Shown: one piece after another, positions 51,316-63,295 of the stretch
Layout of the letters: every line of letters starts with the position of its first letter
How positions within the stretch are numbered: the stretch's first letter is position 1
Source of the DNA: Octopus sinensis
Taxonomy: Eukaryota
Direction: 5' to 3'
Assembly (NCBI RefSeq): GCF_006345805.1
Contig: NC_042998.1
Coordinates: forward strand, 6,572,001 to 6,636,000
DNA length: 64,000 nucleotides
The notes under the pieces: generated by a model
Database searches by the model: none
Told to the model about the DNA's origin: nothing
Seen by the model: only the letters and a program-made list of their open reading frames with translations
Translations under genes and position numbers: made by a program

Positions 51316-53182
51316 GGCGCAGGAGTGGCTGTGTGGTAAGTAGCTTGCTTACTAACCACATGGTTCTGGGTTCAGTCCCACTGCGTGGCTCCTTGGGCAA
51401 GGGTCTTCTACTATAGCCTCGGGCCAACCAAAGCCTTGTGAATGGATTTAGTAGACAGAAAATAAAAGAAACCCATCGTATACGTATATATATATATATA
51501 TAAATGTATATGTTTGTGTGTCTGTGTTTGTCCCCACAACATTGCTTGACAACCGATGCTGGTGTGTTTACATCCCCGTAACTTAGCGGTTCAGCAAGAG
51601 AGACCGATAGAATAGTACTAGGCTTACAAAGAATAAGTTCTGGTGTCGATTTGCTTGACTAAAGGTGGTGCTCCAGCATGGCCACAGTCAAATGACTGAA
51701 GCAAATAAAAAGAAAGAAGAAAAAGAATTAGGTTTTTGTAATGTTTCAATCGGGGAAGCTGGTGCATTAAGCGATTAAATTAAGGAGGTTTCATAGAAGT
51801 AAATACTCAAAACATATATTTTGAATTACAGGATGTACCAAACCAACAGGTAAATAAACCCTGGTAAAGTACTCATTCCTAAGATATTGCTTTAAAACAT
51901 TAATTACTTGTAGCAAATGCTGAGACTCCCTTCGGTCATGACTGACCATGGATTGCACCTAGAAAGTTACCCTCACAGGGACAAGTCCGAGCAAGGTTGT
52001 TTATGGAAGAGCAGCAATCGCTCATGCATATCAGTCTCCCCTCTCCGTGCAACTGATGTTATCCAAGGTAAAAGCAAAGGCTGATACAGCTTGGCACCTG
52101 TGATGTCGCAACTCATTTCTACAGCTGAGTGAACTGGAGCAACGTGAAATAAAGTGTCTTGCTCAAGAACACAACATGCAGCCCGGTCTGGGATTTGAGC
52201 TCAGAACCTCACGATCATAAGCTTGACGCTCCAACCACTGAGCCATGTGCCTCCTTTGTAAGAAATAATTGCTATATAATATCATGGATTTTGTAAGGAG
52301 GGATGCATTATTGCAGCTTGCCTTGGGTGCAGTTTACCCTAGCTACACTACTGGCTGAGAGAATAACTGGGCACAAAAAGCATCATTGGTGGTGTCCAAG
52401 AAAGAAGACTGCACTGGTATTATGATGTGATGCTGAAAGATGAGGGCAGCTGCTACAAAAACATGGCCAGTTACTTAATGTGAGCAGAATCTGTGGGAGA
52501 GGGAGATCTAGGAAGGTGTTCTATGAAGGAGTCAAGACCAACCTCAAGATGTTGGGTTTCACAAAGGAGATGACAACAGACTGACATGATTGGTGATATG
52601 CTGTACATATGAAAACCTGTTCATCTCAGTAATAATAAGATTCTTATTTCTTTAATTCCCACAAGGGGCTATGCACAGAGGGGACAAACAAGGACAGACA
52701 AACGGATTGAGTTGATTATATCGACCCCAGTGCATAACTGGTCCTTTTTTAATCAGGCGGTGAGCTGGCAGAAACGTTAGCATGCCGTGCGAAATGCTTA
52801 ATGGTATTTCGTCAGGTGGCGAGCTGGCAGAAACGTTAGCGCGCCGGGCGAAATGCTTAGCGGTATTTTGTCTGCCGTTAAGTTCTGAGTTCAAATTCTG
52901 CTGAGGTCGACTTTGCCTTTCATCCTTTCGGGGTCAATTAAATAAGTACCAGTTACGCACTGGGGTTGATGTAATCGACTTAATCCGTTTGTCTGTCCTT
53001 GTTCGTCCTCTCTGTGTTTAGCCCCTTGTGGGTAGTGAAGAAATAGGTACTTATTTAATCGACCCCGAACGGATGAAAGGCAATGTTAACCTCGGCGGAA
53101 TTTGAACTCAGAACGTAGCGGCAGACAAAATACCACTAAGTATTTCACCTGGTGTGCTAACGTTTCTGCCAGCTTGCTGCCT
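51316..53182. mobile_element. SINE/LINE cluster: family A (+, 51316-51725), tRNA SINE (-, 51925-52255), RTE 3' fragment (+, ~52385-52610), nested family B copies (52645-53182)
   Basis: RTE piece translates to VQERRLHWY..GRGRSRK..VKTNLKMLGF; the SINEs match the other copies. Confidence 0.75.
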
Positions 53183-53664
53183 CAGTAATAATAAGATTCT
53201 GTCAAGCCTTCCTCCACAACGCAACACATCTGCCAACACCTATCCCTCCATTATTCTCCTAACTATAGCATTACTCACCCAGATACTGTGAAAGATATTT
53301 ATCTCTTACACTTCACATCATTTTCCTTTTACAGTCACCCAGCATCTCTGCCTCCCTACTTTATTCCTGTTTCCTTCACTTCCTGCTTAAACTGATATTC
53401 AGCATTGACCGGGCCCTCCCCAACTCATGTGCTCCATTCACTGCATCTACCTCCATCCGTATCTCTAACCAGTTGATGTTTGGCCTAAGCATCTCTAAAA
53501 TGCTCCACTTAATGCCAACGTGGCTTACTGCTTATCCTTCAGGTTCCAGATAGGGCTTGTTAGTTTTTTGCTTTCCTTTTTATCAACGTTTTGAAAGATG
53601 TCTGGTGGTTGGTGTCTCTGTTTTTGTAAGTCGCTTCCACACATTCTGATGTATTTTTCTTCCA

Positions 53665-53792
53665 TCATGATCACCACCACCACCATCGCCGTCACCACCA
53701 CCACCACCACCACCACCACCACCACCACCACCACCACCACCACCACTATCACCACCACCATCACCACCACCACCACTATCACCAATACCACC

Positions 53793-53823
<31 letters not shown>

Positions 53824-53885
53824 CCAAATTTACCCAAACCAACACCACTGCTGCCACCACCACCGCCGCCAACACCACCACCACC

Positions 53886-53917
<32 letters not shown>

Positions 53918-54005
53918 CACCAAATTTACCCAAACCAACACCACTGCTGCCACCACCACCGTCGCCAACACCACCACCACCATCACCACCACCATCATCA
54001 TCATC
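53665..54005. repeat. (CAC/CAA)n low-complexity repeat with an internal 96-bp duplication
   Basis: caccaaatttacccaaaccaacaccactgctgcc at 53822 and 53918. Confidence 0.85.
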
Positions 54006-54219
54006 ATTTACCATGGAAAAACCAGAAATAGAATAATTTCTGCACCACCTGAATTTAGACTACAAACAACCTTGACCTTGGTTAACGAAGGAACATTAAT
54101 TTAGCAATTTCAAGATTATTTATAGTCCTCTCTGCCCTTCTCTTTGTCCTTTCTCTTTACTAGGTTTAGAAGAACGCAATAACTTGAACATACCACATAT
54201 ACTGAACTAAGTGTCGGTT

Positions 54220-54269
54220 ACTCCATCCTGATGAAGCACAATCAGGCAGAAACTTGATATTGATGAAGT
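54220..54269 (+). ncRNA. Degenerate hammerhead-like motif
   Basis: ACTCCATC-CTGATGA-A-GC..GC-A-GAAA-CTTGATATT-GATGAAGT: stem I 7/8 paired, weak stems II and III. Confidence 0.4.
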
Positions 54270-55055
54270 AGACAAACATGTTTACTGAAAAATATGAAAT
54301 ACTAAATAAATAATCCTTTGAGAAAATAAATATTTATTTAGTTATTTTATTCCTTAATTTATTTTTTACTTGCTTAGACTGAAAAGTGAACCATCATAAA
54401 GCTTCAATAAAGCTGTCAGTTATTACAATATAGCATTAGAAAAAAGTGGGCTTAGTGCACAACCAGAAAAAGGTATTATAAGTGCTATTTACAGATTAAA
54501 GAATACCTTTAAGATAGAAACGAAAATACATCTCAGTGCAGAGTATATGTAATGGACAGAGAGTGCACAGCATGCATTAGTTCTGTAGCTACTTATAAAA
54601 AATATGCAGATTGTAGTACTTCCAGAAGCATGACAACTACCCCTTGCAAAAAAAAAACAAAAAAAAAAACGAAAAAAAAATGCAAAAATAGACAGAAATA
54701 TGAATATTGAAGCCAATTATTACAATACTAAACCCTAGATTTAATGCATTGGTATTAGTTAAAATCGTCATTATCTATAGATACAAATCAAATAACGAAC
54801 ATATGGCTTCTCGGGCAGCAAGTAAGGAAGAAAATTAGTGCAAATATAACTCAACTTTCTTCTCTTAAGTCTGTTAATTATGATACTGAAATCATTTCAC
54901 ATATAGAAACATTAAAATATCCTTTGCTAAATATAGAATATTAGTGAGTAGAGACAGGCCACAGTGTCAGCTCACTGAAACATCCAAATTTATCTATTAT
55001 GGCTATAAGCTATTAATAAAGACATTATTAACAAAAATATACAGAAAATGCTGAC

Positions 55056-55110
55056 ATCGGTTTACGTAATGGATAGAAAATGGTGCACTCTGTTCATTAC
55101 ATAAACTGAT
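55056..55110 (+). ncRNA. Pre-miRNA-like hairpin
   Basis: 22-bp stem with 1 mismatch and 3 G-U pairs, 11-nt loop, and a possible ATGC/GCAT basal extension. Confidence 0.35.
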
Positions 55111-55249
55111 ATATATGCATCAGAATGCATTTTGATTTATGCCTCGATACAAAGACGCCAATCAAAAGCTATTAATAAAGATTGTATGCATTATGCTTGC
55201 ATGAAGATATCTATGTACACATCTAAGTAGGTAAGGGTATATATGTATG

Positions 55250-55285
<36 letters not shown>

Positions 55286-56349
55286 TACATATATGTATAT
55301 ATATATATACACATATATACATATATATATACATATATATACCATTTATATACATATATACAGTATATAATATGTGTATATATGTATATATATATATCTT
55401 TTATACTTTACTTGTTTGAGTCATTAGACTGCAGCCATACTGAATGGTTTAGCTGAATGGTTTGACCCAAGTGCTTATTTTTCTATTCTAAGCTGGCTCA
55501 AGGTGCAGCACAATGGGACTGAACCTTGAACCAAGTATTTGGGAAGCAAGCTTCTAACTACGCAGTCACACCTGCCCCAGAACAGCCCACATGCACATAT
55601 ATGTATATGTATATGTGTGTGTGTGTATGTGTGTGTGTGCGTATTTTATTAAAACAGTGACCCCCAACACAATACGTTCTACTTCTTTCAAGAATACACC
55701 AAGAGTTAACTATGAAATAGCTACTACTCAAATATCCGTTAACAGATGAAAGAGAATTAGAGCTAATCATGATAGGGATGATGGTGGAATAAAAAAAATA
55801 GTGGAGCAAGAGGGGCAAGTAACTAAATATATAGGACCATTTAAAAGGAAAGATTGATAATAATAGATATGTGTTGAGAGGGTCTCTATTCGGATGATGA
55901 ACTAATATCTGTTACCAATTGCAACCCACAACTCGCTGAAAGATTCTAACCACCCTTAGAGCATAATCAACTATTTAGTATACAGCTTCTCTGATAGATT
56001 TTTGTCATTAGACAAGCATTCAAATGCAGAACCTTACTAGAACAATGCACTGTATAAAAGTGTTTATTAAGATAAAAAATCTTTTACATAGAATCTACTC
56101 CTAGTCTATGAACATACATAAATTGCAATACAAAAGGAAAATTTATGTGGTTCACTCCTTATTACATCGATTTTGCAATACATACGACCAAATTCTTAGA
56201 AAATATTTACTCACACACACACACAAAAAAAGGACTTACTATATTATAATAAAATATTTAAGTAAAAAAAGCACGAAAATTTCATATCCAGTCACTTTTA
56301 ACTTTGAAAAAAATTTAATCACATCTAACCTGAACTAATGGTGAAATAA

Positions 56350-56715
56350 TAACATCATCATCATCATCATCATTTAACGTCTGCTTTCCATGCTAGCATG
56401 GGTTGGATGATTTGACTGAGGTCTGGCGAACCAAACTCCAGTCTGATCTGGCAGAGTATCTACAGCTGGATGCCCTTCCTAACGCCAACCACTCCGAGAG
56501 TGTAGTGGGTGCTTTTACCTGCCACCGGCACGAGGGTCAGTTTGGTGGAACTGACAACGGCCACGCCCAAATGGTGCTTTTTATGTGCCACCTGCACAGG
56601 AGCCAGTCCAGCAGCACTGGCGACGACTTCGCTCGAATATTTCACATGCCACCAGTACAAGTGCTAGTAAGGTGACGCGGTAACGATCACGCTCGAATGG
56701 TGTGTTTAACGTGCT
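56350..56715 (-). mobile_element. SINE-like family C
   Basis: Conserved core and (ATC)n end. Confidence 0.8.
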
Positions 56716-57399
56716 AACATTTCTATCAAATCGTGCAACTGTACTAACACCAACAAATGTCTATTGAATAACAACTTCTAAGCTAACTATATTGACAAAT
56801 GCACAGTCAATATCTCTAAAGTGTACATAGATATGACTTCCAAACCCTTTAAATCTATGTACAATTTGCATACTTATTTAGACACTTCAACAGGCCAAAG
56901 CAAATCTATTTATTTATCGATTTGTATAGTTAGTTATCAATTTATTTTTGTATACTTATTTGTTTGAGTATATGTTTTTACAATTATTTGATAACTTATT
57001 TTATGATTAATAACTAATAATTTATCTATTTGACTATCAGTCATCTACTCATGTATAATCTATTTTCATAACCTATATTCAGTTACCGGTTTCATATGGC
57101 ATGTTTTTCTCGCTATGCACAAGTATAAGTATATATACCTGTATGAAATTTTTTGTACAATAAGTATATCAAGTTTTCATTTTACTTGAAGCATTTAATA
57201 TTTTATGCATATTATATTATGCGTGTATATGTAAGTGCACATAACTGCATGTATATATGTATACTTATGTATATTTACATGTGTATTATATGCAAATGTA
57301 TATGTCAGTATGTAAGTATGTGAGTATAACATATAGGTATGTATATATGTATGTGTTTTTGTGTGTGTATGTCTGTCCAGCATTCACCATGATTGATCG

Positions 57400-57575
57400 C
57401 TAGCCACTAAACCTTTTTATTTTCTCTCTCTGTTTATTTCTGTGTTTCTTTCTGTTGGAGAGCATAGGCTCGAAACATAAAAGACTTTTTCACTTCTCAA
57501 GCGTTAAACTAATAAATCTGTTTGTTGTTTACACACCCGTCTTCGTCTTTTTTTTTTTTTTGTAAATTCCAACTA
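57400..57575 (+). mobile_element. Short HHR-like repeat, family 3 (copy 2)
   Basis: TCTTT-CTGTTGG-A-GAGC-ATAG-GCTC-GAAA-CATA-AAAGA at 57447-57484. Confidence 0.6.
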
Positions 57576-57736
57576 TACAGGGTGTCCCAGAAGTCGCGCA
57601 CCATTCTGGTTTGCATTTAAAATAATTAAAGCATTTTATTTTATTATATTTTTGCGGCGTGTTTTATTGTAGAGGGTGCTCAATTTGAGCATTTGTTACG
57701 ATTAATTTCAATAAAATGTTTTTGAAATCAATAAGG

Positions 57737-57788
<52 letters not shown>

Positions 57789-57847
57789 ATGTATGTATGT
57801 ACATGCACATATATACACACACATTATATATACATATATATATCTTT

Positions 57848-58060
57848 CAAAATGTGACCTCGTGTGTACCGTTGGCAATTTTTCTTCCTCTGTCTTCCCT
57901 TCTCTGGATCTTTCCTTCTCCTATGTTTCCGACGAAGAGCTCCGCCCGAAACGTTAAACCCTCCTTCTTTCCTTCTTTCCTGAGCGTCCAATAATACTAT
58001 ATTTGTCCACGTCCTCGCGTTGTTGTGTTTTTTTGTGTTTTCTTGTTTGGATTAACTTTA
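57848..58060 (+). mobile_element. Short HHR-bearing repeat, family 2 (copy 2)
   Basis: GTTT-CCGACGA-A-GAGC-TCC-GCCC-GAAA-CGTT-AAAC at 57925-57959. Flanked by a ~55-bp duplicated microsatellite-rich segment (57783.. and 58063..). Confidence 0.7.
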
Positions 58061-58127
58061 TATATATATGTATGTATGTACATGCATATATATATACACA
58101 CATTATATATATATATATATATATATA

Positions 58128-58830
58128 TAACAATTAAAAATAACAATTAAAAATGAGGATATATATATATGCACAGCAAACGATATACTTACACATACGA
58201 GCGTCGTACATACATACATATGCACGTATGGACACAGCCAGTTTGAATCGCCCGCCAAATTTTACCTTTGTAAGGTATTTCTTTCATGCTGGCCACTTGA
58301 TAATTTCGACACTTAAACATCGATATTATCGTCATATATAAATTTATATAATTCGTTATTATATTCACTGCGGTGCTTATTTTAACCATATCGTAATTAT
58401 GCGGTGATTTGGCGGGCGATTCAAACTGGCTGTGTCCATACGTGCATATGTATGTATGTACGACGCTCGTATGTGTAAGTATATCGTTTGCTGTGCATAT
58501 ATATATCTGTATTTATGTACCCTTGATATATTCAATTGATGACGGTAAAGCTTATTTAAAGCAGAACCAGAAATCCTTGGATCTTGAATTATTCAATAAT
58601 TTTTGCTTGTATGTTTTGTCCCTCCGCTTTACCTCATGGTGCGATATGAACATTTAACGTGGTTTTATAGTCAGAGTCTCGACTGCTATTTCGGCATGTT
58701 GGTGTCTTTTAGACACCCTCATTTTTAATTGTTAAAAATTGTTTTTTACCTTTGTAAGGTATTTCTTTCATGCTGGCCACTTGATAATTTCGACACTTAA
58801 ACATCGATATTATCCTCATATATAATTTAT
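58128..58830 (+). mobile_element. Element with a perfect 100-bp inverted repeat, an HHR-like motif and a duplicated tail
   Basis: 58161-58260 is the exact reverse complement of 58407-58506. 58261-58340 is directly repeated near 58746. HHR-like motif at 58530-58589. Confidence 0.75.
58530..58589 (+). ncRNA. Type-I hammerhead-like motif (C3U core)
   Basis: ATTCAA-TTGATGA-CGGT..ACCA-GAA-ATCC-TT-GGAT-C-TTGAAT: 6-bp stem I, 4-bp stem III, AUC cleavage triplet. Confidence 0.55.
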
Positions 58831-58847
58831 ATATATATATATTATAT

Positions 58848-58895
<48 letters not shown>

Positions 58896-58974
58896 TTCAT
58901 ATATACATATATATATATAGGTATGTACATGCATATATATATATAGGGAGAGAGAGAGAGAGAAAGTGATCATG

Positions 58975-61770
58975 AGTGCACCAAACCTCACATGTGCATA
59001 TGTTCACATTTTTGTGGATGCTTGTCTGAGCGTGTGTACTCGAGCCATGCAGCTTGTCCGAGGGCGTTTATACATCCATATCTGTTAACGTTTATTTTCA
59101 ATACTTTTCTCACTGGATTGTGTGTTCGTTTCTCTTTTTCCATCTGCAATTTTACTTTTGATATTCTATATAAATGAAAATTTTTTCTCAGTCCGGCTGT
59201 TTTTTTTCTCTACAAAACGGAAAGTTACATTGTGGAATAGTCATTTTAATGAGCTGTATTTATTTATTCATCACCTGACGAGATACTGCACCACCGGATG
59301 CTCCTGAACCAGTTGTTGAGTGTCCCACTCAAAAGGAATCGATGCTAGACGTGTCGAAACAATTGCCTGATTAATAATAAATTCTCGTTTATTCCATCTT
59401 CTGTCTTTCATTTGATATATACCTAACAATTACTCTGAAAGTGGCAGTGCTTCGCCAGTAAGATACCAGGTGTAAACCATTCATTTTATTATCGACTAAC
59501 CACAACCAATTTCCCATTTCCAGGAGAAAGGAGCTAAACGGTAGTGTACCAAGATAATGGATAAAATAACACTGGATGTTTTGCTAAAGGACATACCTAT
59601 GCCCAGTAGGAAGGATTATATACGTGATCTTTTGGAGAAAACCAATCAATTTGTACGTAGAACGCAGTGGAAAGCTTAATTTTTCGACAAGGAGCTTAGA
59701 TCAAATGACAAACCTGAACATGGTGACCGACTAAGGAAAGTATTCAAATCTAGAAGGAACCATCGACCAACTAACACCTAACCAGATTTGAAGAAGAATT
59801 ATATGGTATAGTCAAGAACGTGAAGTTCAGGAAGTACCCTAGAATGTGTAATATACATCAACAGAAAATTACTTGTTGACTTCAAGAAAGCTCCGGGGAT
59901 ACTTGCACCAGTGGACAAAACAAGTAACATTTACATTGTTGATATTGAACTATATATGTCTATGATTAGGAAGGAATGACACAGCAAATATAGACATGCT
60001 AATAATGATGTATTAAAAAGAATTAACAATACAGGGCTACAAATCGTCCGAGATCTACCTATAGAGGATAGAACTGAAAACCCCGGATTTTGCTTAAGGA
60101 CCATAAACCTAACTTTCTTATTGACCCCTCAGCTAGATTGATTTGTCCTTCTAAATCCGATATAGGCATTATTAGTAAAAAAAATCATTGACAGGGTATT
60201 ATCCGTCCTTAAGTCTAAAATTAGATTAGCCCTCTGGTCTGATACCCAAGAGGTGGTTGGATGGGTCAAGTTTCTACAAATTAGTAAGACTAGTAAATTC
60301 TTGCAACAAGATATAGAGAGCTACTATGCCACTATCAATCCGATCGTTCTTAATCAAGCCCTGATTTTTGCCTGAAAAATTCCGATTTGTCCCGACGATA
60401 AAATAGATATTATACTTGCCATGCTAGCACTCTAGTAGATTTTGATGGTAGATTATGAAGTAGATTAGATAGGGAAAATGCCTTTGATATAGCAATGGGC
60501 TCACATGATTCTGCTCAGGCCAGTGACCTAGTCAGAATATATATCCAATCATTAATCCAGTCTTCCTTTCTGGAAGTAACAGGGGGTCTATATAGGGATG
60601 ACACCTTATTTTTTCTAGACAGAAGTAGTAAAGTACAGTTAGAAAGGCATAGGAAAAATTTCTTTCGATTTTTCAAAAATTTAGGACTAAACATTACTAG
60701 AGGTAAAGATTATCAGAGAGTGAATTTTCTTGATGCTACCTTCTGTCTTGATACTGGTTTATTCAAACCATTTCATAAGCCAAATGATCTTATTAAGTAC
60801 ATTAACGTAGCATCCAACCATCCACTCTCGATTATACGGGGGCTAGTTAAGAATATTTCTACAAGAATCTCTAGATTATTTGCTAACAATAAAATTTTCG
60901 AATTTCATGCAGCTTATTATAATGATGCTTTAGTTAAGTCTGGGTACCATGAAAAAATTCAATATTTACAAGAAGCAGACATAAGCAACACTGGTAATTC
61001 CTATAACTGTGATGCACATCGTATACCACCACAACGTTATCGTTTGAGAAATCACTCGGATAAAGAATACAGGACAGAAAGAATTGGTCATATCAATAAA
61101 CTACCAATGAAACTTCAAAGACACATACGACATAATAATTCAACTGCTTGTCCCAATCCTGTACAACACACTCGATCAAATAATCCTAACAACAGATATA
61201 AGAATCAGGATGTCCTCTGGTTCAACCCAATTTTCGGTTTGTATGTTTCAACAAAGATCGCTGGAAAATATTTTGCTGGTTTGGACAAGTGTTTTCCTAA
61301 ATATAATCAGCATCATGCTATTTTTAATCAACACACCATGAAGGTATCCTACACTAACTCTGCTAATTTAGAGCAGCTTATGCATCACATAAACAATAGC
61401 AAAATGTGGCAAAGCTTCAATAACCCACCTACTGGATCTAGAGAACATTTGCATCTAAATGCCAACCAAGGAGATGTAAACCGCATTGATAAACATTAAC
61501 TACGACCAATTTGTAGTAGAAGAAATACTCATGGTACAGCTAGCACGTAACAGCCGGTTAATGGAGCCAGGACGGCCTTATATACAAATAAATACGATAA
61601 ATGCTCATGCAGAGATAAATCAAAATATCCTTTGATGAATGAGTACAAATCTTGAATGAGTACAAATCTTGTATGAGTACAAATCTTGTATATAAATGTA
61701 CCGTGCACACAGAGGGAGGGCCCTATGTTTACATTGGGCAGATGGCTGATTTATTTAAGAATTGTGATTG
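58975..61770 (+). mobile_element. Penelope-like retroelement, near full-length but decayed
   Basis: LLEKTNQFVRRTQWKA, VDKTSNIY, KDHKPNF, RLICPSKSDIG, QDIESYYATI, IAMGSHDSAQ, GLYRDD, VNFLDATF, NHP and NLVYKCTV..VYIGQ (GIY-YIG, truncated). Degenerate HHR upstream of the ORF. Confidence 0.85.
60495..61499 (+). pseudogene. Penelope-type reverse transcriptase, longest surviving open segment (334 aa)
   Basis: YRDD catalytic motif, FLD and NHP motifs. Upstream and downstream parts are disrupted by stops and frameshifts. Confidence 0.85.
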
Positions 61771-62989
61771 TAACCATGTATCTGAACTTTGAACCCTGCA
61801 TTGTGGTAGGATGTGTGAGATAATTGTACACCCAGTTTTGATGACAGTTTTTCTGTGAGACAAGGTTCAAATGGATTCTGAAAGTTGTGATCGCCTATTT
61901 AGTTTCTGTATTTCGTGCTTTGTGTTAGGCATTTTTGAAATTATTTTTTGCTCCTGGAATTCGCCAGAACTTCTTGCTTGTCACTTAAAAAATTTTCTGT
62001 GTCATATCGAAATCCAACGTTCTACATTCCAAGGTTCGAAACCCAAGGTCGAACAACGAATTGAAAGATAAATTTTATGACATTCCAAGGTTCGAATCTC
62101 AAGGTTGAACACCTAACTGATAGACAGTCGAAATCCAACGTTCGAAAACCGAATGTTTACAAAACTGGAAATCTAGATTTTATGAAATCCAAAATTTTTG
62201 GAAAGCTACTTTTGAAAAACCAAGATATGGAGTCCGAACTTCTGAACTGTGTATATATGTTACCCTTGTAGCTTTTGATTGCACGTTTGGTGTATTCTTG
62301 GCTGTTTGTTTGTATATATTTGTTGTAAGCTGTTTTTATGTTGACGATTAATAATAGTTTTACCAAAAAATTCATGGTGTGGCGTTGTTTTAAATTCATC
62401 CTATCCACGTTGATTCTGTGAATTCGGGTTATGACCACCAGGTCGTAACATGGCGCACTTAATTAAGCAAAATTCATCCTTTGCCGGGGCTCAGTGCGCT
62501 ACTATGTCACAAACTTCCGTTGCCAAACTTTTATTTAAACATACTACTGCTAAACTACGCTATTTGGAGCACTAACGTTTTAGTTCTTGTCAAGTCCAAT
62601 GTTTAAAATTGTGCACCCAAATCCATTCTTAGACACTGTTCATTCCTAGACGGGGATCACTGCATTTCCGCGTTGAAAAACACTTCAAGGTTTTGAAACC
62701 CACTTACTAACTGCTGTACCGTAAATCCCTTGAAACTTCGACGATGAAAATACTGCGTTTTTTGTTTACTGCATTCAAAGTGGACCGAAGTCAGGGCGAT
62801 ATTTGAACTCAGTTAATGCAGTCATCCCATGTACCGATTTACATTGCACCTAGCTCGATACACTGTGTATGGAATCAACAAAACATTGCAGTACTTTTTT
62901 TTTTGCTGATTCCAAAAGGAGGTCAAGCAGTCAGTCCGACGGGGACAACTAACCATCTATTATTGGTGTCACCTGTATCCCCATTCAAC

Positions 62990-63295
62990 TACTGGCGTAC
63001 CGTTACTCGGCTACGCAAAGCAGCTTCACAAGCCACTGCTCGAGCGTCCGGGAGTGAAGACCAGCGCTCTGATCGCAGGTCTCGAAATACTGCCACAACG
63101 GCTGCCACCCGTGCTGCTGAAATGGAAGAACAGCCGTAGCCTGCGTCTACTTCGAAACGCCAAAGCGACTGCTGCTGCTGCCCGGGCTAATGCGACGGAA
63201 GGTCAACGAGCAATGCCGAAGCCGATGAAGAAAGACAAAGCCGCCTTGCAAATATTTACTACTTTGAGCTGTGCAACGCTGGGTATTATTGCTAG
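62990..63295 (+). mobile_element. Helitron 3' end with remnants of 23-aa (STPR-like) repeats
   Basis: GSEDQRSDRRSRNTATTAATRAA|EMEEQ.. periodicity; terminal GCTGTGCAACGCTGGG..CTAG|T at 63292-63296, similar to 33389-33418. 5' end not located. Confidence 0.6.

Noticed and set aside
53525-54104. Thr-rich mucin-like / Gly-rich / Val-rich ORFs
   Set aside because: (CAC)n low-complexity repeat open in several frames, with no splice or homology support.
54507-54642. Minus-strand 136-nt segment with good AG/GT ends
   Set aside because: The only frame open end to end gives an unnatural Cys/Ser-rich peptide, and the acceptor derives from a poly-A tract.
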